Shown here piece after piece: positions 55,040 through 64,000 of a DNA stretch of 64,000 nt (the stretch's first letter is position 1; each line of letters opens with the position of its first letter). The stretch comes from Dictyostelium discoideum (lineage: Eukaryota), in NCBI GenBank assembly GCA_000004695.1, contig CM000151.3, forward strand, positions 5,632,001-5,696,000. The letters run 5' to 3'. A program made the position numbers and the translations under genes. A model generated the notes under the pieces. That model was not told the DNA's origin. It worked only from the letters and a program-made list of their open reading frames with translations, and made no database searches.

Positions 55040-56368
55040 ATGGAAGATAATAATAATAGTAGTAGCAATGAAAATAAACAAAATGAATTATCGACACCAT
55101 CTATTAAAAAAGAAAGACATTTAGTAATAATGCAACATGGTTTACATGGTACTTCATTAGATTTTAAAACAATTAGAAATCATTTTTTAAAACAAAAACA
55201 TTTAGACAATTGTATATTTGTAAGTTTTTTTAATTTTTTAATTTTTTTTTTTTTTTTTTTTTCTTTTCAAAATTTTTTAACATTATTTATTTATTTTTAT
55301 AATTTTTAGATATCAGCAAATAGTAATAGTCATTTTTTAGCAACACATGATGGTATTGATAAAATTGGAGAAAGATTATTTAATGAAGTTAAAGAATTAT
55401 ATGAACAATATGATCATCCAGAGAAAATATCAATGATTGGACATAGTTTGGGTGGTTTAATAACAAGATATGCGATTGGATTATTATATGATGATGGATT
55501 CTTTAAAAAATGTAAACCTGATCAATTCATTAGTTTATCATCACCACATTGTGGCAGTAGAAGACCATCAACAACTATATTCAATAAGGTAGCACATATA
55601 TTTGTTGATAATTTCCTATCAGTTACAGGTAAACAATTGATATTACATGATACTGAAATACCCGATAATATTAAAACATTTCCATCGACATCATCACCAC
55701 CACCAAATGAAAAATTGAAATCATCAAAAACAATTGTAAATAGTTCAGTAAAGAATGAAACAGATTTATCATTACCATTGGCAGAGGCAAAAGAGCCATC
55801 AATCTATAAAGAAGTTGGAAACAATGAGAAGTTAATGATTATTGAAAAGAAAGAAGAGAACGAAATCATTACAAATGATCAAGAAGTACCAATGCCATTA
55901 CTGGTTAGATTGTCAGAGGGTATATTTTTCAATGGTTTAAATTCCTTTAGAAAACGTACACTTTACTCAAATATTTATAATGATGTTCAAGTTAACTTTT
56001 GTACCTCTGATATCTCTGCAAAGAATCCTTACACTCTTGGAAAGTTAATGAAATTCTCTGAAAAGTATAGACATATAATTGAAGAAGAATCAATTTTAGA
56101 TATAGATCCAAATTTATTAGAACAACAATCACCACCACCAGATAAAAAACCATTTGATGAAAAGGATTTAGATGAATATTTCACTCATGATACTCATCAT
56201 CATTTCTTAAAGAGAATATTAAAAAATTTAAACCAATTACATTTTGTTCGTTATCATATGTATTTTAAAAATATGTTATCTCATACAAATATAATAGTAA
56301 AAAGAGAATGGATAAATAGTGAAGGTTTCGAGATCATTGAACATTTAGTTTCACATTTTGAAGGTTAA
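55040..56368 (+). CDS. DUF676-family putative serine esterase/lipase (Rog1/FAM135-like), 371 aa. Exons 55040..55219 and 55310..56368.
   Basis: HLVIMQHGLHGTSLDFKTIRNHF…DNCIF|GTAAGT…TTTTTAG|ISANSNSHFLATHDGIDKIGERLFNEVKELYEQYDHPEKISMIGHSLGGLITRYAIG (GHSLGG nucleophile elbow). Splice phase 0. Confidence 0.75.
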
Positions 56369-57185
56369 AAAAAAAAAAAAAAAACAACGAATAAAATTAA
56401 ACCAAAAATTTTAAAAAGTAATAAGAAGTGTATTTATTTTTTTTAATATAAATTTAGTATAAATAAATAATATATTCAAAAATACACAAAATCATATAAA
56501 ATTATAAAAAAAAAAAAAAAAAAATGAATTTAATCATTTTATTTTTTTTTTTTTTTAGTCAAAAAGTAAAGTTAATTTTTTTGATTAATTTAAATAAAAA
56601 TAAAATTTAAAAAAAACAAATAAAATAATCCAGATATAATTCATTTTGATTAAAAAAAAAAAAAAAATAAAAAATACAAATAAAAAAAAAAAGTTAACTT
56701 TTTTTAATTTTGTCCCCTCATGAGGAATTATATTTTTAATTTAATTATCTTTTTTTTAAATCAAAAATAAATAAATGAAAATAAGAAATATATAAAAATT
56801 AAAAAAATAAAAAATAAAAATAGAAAAACATAATGAACATTCATTCTTTGTTTTATATTTTATTTTTTAATTTATTTTTTATAAAAATATAATCCCTCTC
56901 TCATGGCTATTGAATACTAAATTTAAAAAATAATTGAAATTAAATAATTGTTTGAAAAAAAAAAAAAAAAAAAAAGTGTTTTTTAATTTTTTTTTTTTTT
57001 TTTTTTGAAAATTTTTATAAATTTTTTTTTGTGAAGTTACCTTTTATTTTTTAAATTAAATTTTTTTTTTCTTATTTTTTTTTTAATTTTTTTTTTTTTA
57101 TTTATTTTTTTTTAATTTTTTTTTTTTTTTTTTTCATTTAACACACAAATATATAATCACCTTTGTAAATATAATAAAATATATA

Positions 57186-58969
57186 ATGACACTTGAAGCA
57201 ACAATTGTTTGGTAAGTTTTATATAGCAGTATTTCTCAATTGTATATTTGCGAAAAAAAAAAAAAAAAAAAATACACATAAATACATATATTTATTAACT
57301 TGATATTAATACAACAACGTCAACAACATCAACAACAAAAATAACAACAATAAAAATAAAAACAACAACTACACAAAAACAACAATAATAATAATAATAA
57401 TAATAATAATAGTTTAGATAATTCAGAATGGATGAGAAATGGTGATTTTACACCATCAAGATCAGAAGCTCAAAAAGATGCTGTTAATTTAATTTGTGGT
57501 AAGATTTAAATAAATAATTGAAACTTGATTTCTTTATATTAGGAGGTGGAATGTTAAATATTTATTATTATAAAAAATACTAATTTATATTTGGAATATA
57601 ATTTTAATAATAATAATAATAATAATAATTATAAAAATAATAATTATAAATGTATACAGCATCAAAAACACAGTCAAATCCTGAAAGTGCTGTTTCTATT
57701 ATGTCAATGGCTGGTAAAAAGTAAATTTATATATTTTTATAGGATTATCATCATTAGGATTAATAATATTGTTTTTTGAATATGGGATATTAATTTAATT
57801 TAATTAAAATTTATAATTTTTTTTTTTAATTCACAGACCAGAAGTTTTAGTAACATTAACACAAGAATTAAGTAAGATTTTATCAGGAGCTCAAGAATTA
57901 AAAATTAATGGTAAAATTGATTTCTCAACAACCATGCAAATTGCTCAAGTAGGTTATATATTATTTTATTTTTTTCCCCAATTTAAATTTTAGTATTTCG
58001 AAATACTTACCCCTTTTATTTTTTTTATTTTTTATTTTTTTATTTTTTTAGCTTGCACTTAGACATAGACAAAATAATCATCAACATCCAAGAATTATAG
58101 CATTTGTTGGTAGTCCATTAAAAGAAACAAAAGAAGAATTAATTCAATTAGCAAAACGTTTAAAAAAGAATGGTGTTGCTGTGGATATTATTAACTTTGG
58201 TGAAGTTACTGAAAACTCTGATAAATTAGAAGCCTTTATAAACGATGTAAATAATAATGATGAAAGGTAAATTATATTATATTATATTTTATTTTATTTT
58301 ATTTTATTTTATTTTATTTATTATTCATTTGATTTTTATAATGTTTATCCTTATTTATGTTAAATATTATTTACTAACAAATTTATTATTATTATTATTT
58401 TTATTTTTTTATTTTTTAGTCATTTACTTACAGTACCACCAGGACCACATATTTTATCTGATATCATTTTACAATCACCAATTGTTGAATCAGGTTCAGG
58501 TCAATTTGGTAGTGAATTTATTAATGCAGATACAGATCCAGATCTCGCAATGGCACTTAAGCTCTCATTGGAAGAGGAAAAACAACGTCAAGAAAGAGAA
58601 AGAAAAGCAAGAGAAGAAGCCAATGGTGGTTCAACCAATTCTGGTACTACCACTACCACTGCACCAACTGAATCAAATATGGATGTAAACTTTGAAGATG
58701 ATCCAGAACTTGCTGAAGCTTTAGCATTATCAATGGCCACTGATAAAATGGAAGTTCAATCATCAACCACCAACACAGATTCACAACCACCACAACAACA
58801 ACAACAACCACCAACTGATGATACTTCATCAGAGGCTTTCAAAGATCAAGACTTTTTAAATTCAACCTTAAATTCACTTCCAGGTGTTGATCCAAATAGA
58901 ATCAAAAATGCTTTGGAAAATTTATCTAAAAAGGATGAAGATAAAGATAAAGATAATGAAAAAAAATAA
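57186..58969 (+). CDS. psmD4: 26S proteasome regulatory subunit Rpn10/PSMD4 (vWA plus UIMs), 349 aa. Exons 57186..57211, 57413..57498, 57660..57720, 57837..57948, 58052..58266, 58420..58969.
   Basis: MTLEATIV|[29 protein letters not shown]|[21 protein letters not shown]|[38 protein letters not shown]| [52 protein letters not shown]…|[23 protein letters not shown]…[20 protein letters not shown]…[13 protein letters not shown]…[30 protein letters not shown]. All five introns are GTAAGT/GTAAAT/GTAGGT…(T)nAG with consistent phases. Confidence 0.9.
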
Positions 58970-59025
58970 ATCCAAATAATAATAATAATAGTAATATAAA
59001 TAAAATAAAATGATTGATCAATATA

Positions 59026-59071
<46 letters not shown>

Positions 59072-59216
59072 AAATTGTTACTCTTATAATACAGCTTTAT
59101 TTTATTATTATTTTTGTGATTATTTTATTATTATTTTTGTGATTATTTTTTTTTTTTTTTATTTTATTTTATTTTATTTTATTTTGTTTATTTAAATTAT
59201 CTTTACATAATTTTTT

Positions 59217-60809
59217 TTAAATTAATTGAATAACTTTTTTAATAGTTTCCCAATCTTGATCAGTATTTTCTTCATGAGTACATTGATTAATATATTTTTT
59301 CCAAAAGTATAATAATTGTTTTGAATAGTTTGAAGCTTTATTTTGAGCTTGTTGATTATTGTTGTTAACATTTTGAACTACACGATATCTAAGATGGTCG
59401 AAACAAATACCCAAATGTTTTAAAGACCAACATTTATCATTGACATAGGTGAGTGCTTTCTCTAAGATTTCAACGGATAATTCTAAAGCTTTAAATGATT
59501 CAGTATTTTGTTGACTTAAATATTCTTTTAATAGGGTTTCAGCAGCTCTTTCCAAAGAGACAGCCATTTCTTCCATCATGAAATGTTCCCAACTATCATT
59601 TGGATATTTTTCAGTATTATTTGGTATATGAAAGGAAGGGAATGTTGAAAAAGTGGTTTTAATAATCTTAAAGGTATTAAATTTGTGTGAGTCTTTCTTT
59701 GGAATAATTTGAGATGTTAAACCCTTACTAATGGTATAATAATCATTTTGGAATGAGCTATCACCCGATTTAAAATCACCACCAATATAAATTGGACGAT
59801 CATTGATATTTGCATCTAAAAAATCTTTTAATGAATAACCATCTGGAATGTATGGATGATAAACGTTACCTGGGAATTTAACACGTTGAAATAATGGTGA
59901 TTGAGTGATTTTAAACCATTCCCAACTCATAATTTCCATTGAAAGTATATCAATATCTGGTCGAACCTTTTCACATAAATGTAAATACATTGGTACATTT
60001 GTAACCAAATCACCACCAACCAACAATAATGTATTTCTTGGTAAACCATCTAAAACTGAATGACCATAATCATAGAATGAATAATTATCACTTTGATCTT
60101 GTAAATTATAATTAAATCCAATTTGATTACCAACTAATAAAATAATAATAATTGGTAATAAATATTTTTGAATCTTTGAAATTGTTGTTGTTGTTGTTGC
60201 TGCTGTACCACCATCTCTTTGAATTCTATTTAGAAATCCAAAAATTGATTTAATACCTAATCCCATTGTTATTGATATTATTACATTTGGTTGCATAAAA
60301 AATCTTAAAAATACACCTCTATATAATGGTTTATCAATTGGTAAATTACATAAATTGAAAAAGAATGTAATATAAAATAAAAATGAAAATATAATCATTG
60401 TACCAAATGATTTCCATTTAAATGTTCTAAAAAAAAAAAATAAAAATAAAAAAAAAATTTAAAAAAATAATTAGTAAAATTAAAAATTAAAATAATAATA
60501 ATAATAATAATTAAAAATTTCAATGAATTACCTTATATTATAACCTAATAATAAATTTAATAAACCAATTAATGATAATGCTAAACCAATGTAACCAAAT
60601 TGAATTATTAAATTTTCAATATAAATTGAAATTTTAGTAAATAATGAAATTACACCACCATCACCACCATATAATTGTAATGTTCCATATTCTTCTCTTA
60701 GAAAATGTTTTATAAAACCACTATAAATATAAATATAAATATAAATAAATATAAATATAAATATTTGATTAGTATTTTAATTTTTAAATAATCTAGATTG
60801 TTTTGTTTT

Positions 60810-60871
<62 letters not shown>

Positions 60872-61348
60872 CAAAAAAACATACCGTAATGTTGAAGTAT
60901 TACCCCAAGAATATTTAACTCTATTTAATTTTGGAGTAATAAATAATAAAAGATAAGGTGATAAACCAATTAATGTATAGAATACTAAATTTGATAAGAT
61001 TTTAATATTCCAAAGTTGATCTCTACCAGAGATAAACATTAACCAAAATGCAAATGGAATCACTATTAATACTAGGGTATGTTGATTAGTTAAACCGATT
61101 GCACAACTGAATGCACTTAAATAAGCTATACGTTCAGATGTCCAAAATGCTGTATTATATCTTTCATTTTCAAATATTCTAACCCTGGTATACCACACAC
61201 CTAAAAACATTAACATTGCAACAAACATATTATTCATTGAAAATACTTCACCTTGAATTTGATACATCCAAATTAATGGTGAAAATGTAAACATATATGC
61301 TGATAATAATCCACACCAATGATTATTTACCCATCTTAATTATAATTT

Positions 61349-61405
<57 letters not shown>

Positions 61406-61940
61406 ATTAATAATACTATACTCAATTATATTCTATTTACTATAGTATTCATTAATATATTTATTATATACATACAAATAAACAGTTAAATAAATGAAAA
61501 TACTTGCTATTGAACCAATCATTGATGACATAAAAGATATTTTCCATGCAACAGATAAAGTATTTGATGGGATGATATGTGAGAATATGTAACCTAAAAA
61601 TGTGAATAATGGATAACCAGGTGGATGAGCAACACCAAATTGATGTGCAACTACAATAAGTTCACCAGCATCACCTCCTGATACTGATGGATATTGTGTC
61701 ATTGAATATATAATCGTACATGATATGAATAATAATACAATACATGCTATTGTACTCTTTTTTAAAATTTTAAAACATCTATCTTTTTGTTGTTGTAATT
61801 GAGTATCTTCCCTCTCTATTATTCCATCATTCCAATTCATAAAATCTTTTGCCATATTCATTGTTGTTGATGATACATTATTATTAACATTAATAATATT
61901 ATTATTATTATTATTTCGATTATTTACATTTCTATTTACA

Positions 61941-62013
<73 letters not shown>

Positions 62014-62086
62014 TACTATTACTATTACTATTATTATTATTATTTTTTCTATTTCTTGTATTTGACAGTGTGGGTGAATTGTTCAT
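59217..62086 (-). CDS. TMEM260/DUF2723-family multi-pass membrane protein (putative protein O-mannosyltransferase-like), about 819 aa, with a poly-N N-terminal extension. Exons 62086..61476, 61334..60885, 60720..60532, 60426..59217.
   Basis: DUF2723 signature in exon 1: YPSVSGGDAGELIVVAHQFGVAHPPGYPLFTFLGYIF. Many TM helices follow in exons 2–4. Donors GTATGT, GTATGT, GTAATT; acceptors …TAAG, …TATAG, (T)12AG; phases 2/2/2 consistent. Intron 2 contains a T59 homopolymer. Confidence 0.75.
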
Positions 62087-62245
62087 TTTTTTTATTTTTT
62101 TATTTTTTTATTATTCTTTTTTTAAAAAAAAAAGAATAATAAAAAAAAAATATATGAATAAAAAAAAGAATATTATATAAAAAAAAAGTAAGAAAAAAAA
62201 AAAATTAGAAAAAAAAGTGCAAAAGGGGTTCTATTTATAAAGTTT

Positions 62246-62286
<41 letters not shown>

Positions 62287-62342
62287 GAAAAAATTTTCAT
62301 CAAAAATTTAGTGGTATTGGCTTTTTTTGGCTTTTTAAAAAT

Positions 62343-62420
62343 ATACACAAATAAAATAAAATAAAATAAAATAAAATAAAATAAAATAAAATAAAATAAA
62401 ATAAAATAAAATAAAATAAA
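62343..62420. repeat. (AAAAT)16 pentanucleotide repeat in the TMEM260/uL23 divergent promoter region.
   Basis: AAATAAAATAAAAT… read directly. Confidence 0.9.
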
Positions 62421-62863
62421 ATAAAATAATATAAAATAATATAGAATTTAATCAAAAAAATGAAATAAATTAAAATGAAATAATATAAAATAAAAATAAT
62501 ATAATATAAATAATAAAAATAAAAATAAAAATACAATAAAAAATAGAACAAAAAAACACTTAAAAATAAAAATAGAATAAAAAAAACACTTAAAAATAAA
62601 AAACTAAACAATATTCCCAAATAAAAAAAAAATAAAAAAAAATAAAAAAAAAGTAAAAAAAAATTTTTATCAATTTTTTATTTTTTTTTTTATTTTTTAT
62701 TTTTTTTTTTCGTTTTTCATTTATTGCAAGCTCTCAAAGAATAATCATTGATCATATTATTTAATTTTCTTTTTCATACAAAATAATCAAACACAAGCAC
62801 TATCACAAGCATAAGCATACACACACAATATAGTAATAGTAGTAATAATAAAAATAATAAAAA

Positions 62864-63226
62864 ATGATCAATCCATTAAATAAACCAGTTTTAGGTACTA
62901 GATTAATGAATTCAGTATTCTTTCCAAATATTAAACTTCAAGTAATTAGAAATAGTGGCAAAACTTTTGAAAATACTAATAAAATTATGTTCAAAACCGA
63001 TTGTTCAGTTGGTAAAACTGATATTAAAACATATATGAAAGCTTTGTATGATGTAAATGTGGATAAAGTTAATACAATCAATGTTCAAGGTAGAATTAAA
63101 TCAAAAACTAAAGGTCTTCAAAAACGTTCAAAATTAAATTCTAAATATAAAACTCCTGATTATAAAAAAGCAATCATCACTGTAGATCCATCTTTAAGAG
63201 CTCAATTATCAAGAGGAAAGAATTAA
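62864..63226 (+). CDS. Ribosomal protein uL23 family, likely mitochondrial (MRPL23-like), 120 aa.
   Basis: …KIMFKTDCSVGKTDIKTYMKALYDVNVDKVNTINVQGRIKSKT…KTPDYKKAIITV… matches the uL23 core (…K.EIK..LE.LY.V.V..VNT…DYKKA.V.L). Basic N-terminus consistent with mitochondrial targeting. Confidence 0.6.
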   Translation: MINPLNKPVLGTRLMNSVFFPNIKLQVIRNSGKTFENTNKIMFKTDCSVGKTDIKTYMKALYDVNVDKVNTINVQGRIKSKTKGLQKRSKLNSKYKTPDYKKAIITVDPSLRAQLSRGKN

Positions 63227-63962
63227 AATTAAAAAAAAATAAAAATAAAAAATTAAAAAATAAAAAATTAAAAAATAAAAATAATAATAAAAAAAAAGTA
63301 TAAAATAAAATATTAAAAAATATTATTAAAAAAAAAAAAAAAAAAAAACCCAAAATTATTATTTTCTTTTTTTTTTTTTTTTTAATTTTTAGATAAAGAA
63401 AAAAAAAAAAAAAAAAAAATGATAATTAAATTTTTTATGATTTTCTAAAAATAATCACAAATTCAATAAAATGGAAAAGGAAAAAAAAAAAAAAAAACAA
63501 TTATAACTCGATTACCATTCTTACTTTGACAATTATTAATTATTAATTATTTTTATTTTATTTTTTTTTATTTTTTTTTTTTTTTGAAAAATCAAAAGAT
63601 TATTTTAAAAAATAAAAATTTCAACAAAAAAAAAAAAAAAATTAAAATTAAAATAAAAAAAAAAAAAATAAAAATCCAACATAACGACCAAACAACACCA
63701 TTAATATTTTTATTCTGTAAATAAATCAAATACCATCCACTGAAAATAATAATAAAATAATTTTTTAACTTTATATATATATATTTATATTTATAAATTT
63801 TATTTTTCATTGTATTATTACAAAAACAATTTTAATAAAATTAATTCCCTTTTTTTTTTTTTTCACACACACACAAATAAATTAAATTAAATAAATAAAA
63901 TTTTTTTTATTTTTAAAAACAAAAAAAAAAAAAAAAAATTCATACACTCATACATTCAAAAA

Positions 63963-63968
<6 letters not shown>

Positions 63969-63996
<28 letters not shown>
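63969..63996. repeat. (CA)13 dinucleotide repeat at the window end.
   Basis: Read directly. Confidence 0.9.
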
Positions 63997-63997
<1 letters not shown>

Positions 63998-64000
63998 AAT

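Overview
AT-rich, gene-dense eukaryotic chromosomal DNA with the hallmarks of Dictyostelium discoideum: very low GC content, long poly(A)/(T) tracts, abundant (ATT)n/(AAT)n repeats, short GTAAGT/GTATGT...AG introns, and poly-N/Q/T runs in coding sequence. I inferred about 20 protein-coding genes by eye from the six-frame track plus splice-site reading; no rRNA, tRNA, transposon or CRISPR array was recognised. All coordinates are hand-counted and may be off by a few nucleotides.

Genes identified:
- Midasin (MDN1/Rea1, AAA+ ATPase): 3' part on the minus strand at 1..13601, continuing beyond the window start.
- RAD6/UBE2A-type E2 ubiquitin-conjugating enzyme.
- SMG1, a PIKK kinase: three exons, about 2344 aa.
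- RTRAF/CGI-99 homologue.
- V-ATPase subunit E.
- Proteasome subunit Rpn10/PSMD4: six exons.
- TMEM260/DUF2723 homologue.
- PICOT-type Trx–monothiol glutaredoxin.
- Mitochondrial uL23-like ribosomal protein.
- ArfGAP protein with two PH domains.
- F-box protein.
- DUF676 serine esterase.
- MRH-domain ER lectin.
- Several lineage-specific or low-complexity proteins.

The most unusual locus is a divergently transcribed pair at 18.2–23.1 kb. One gene is an 844-aa orphan ORF; the other is a 577-aa protein with an N-terminal hydrophobic segment, a clear GIY-YIG nuclease motif, tandem coiled-coil repeats and a Cys-rich C-terminus. Both use codons atypical for the surrounding genes, and an 8+2+8 inverted repeat sits just 3' of the second gene.

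A 4.6-kb ORF-free interval upstream of smg1 contains isolated GC- or G-rich islands of unknown function.
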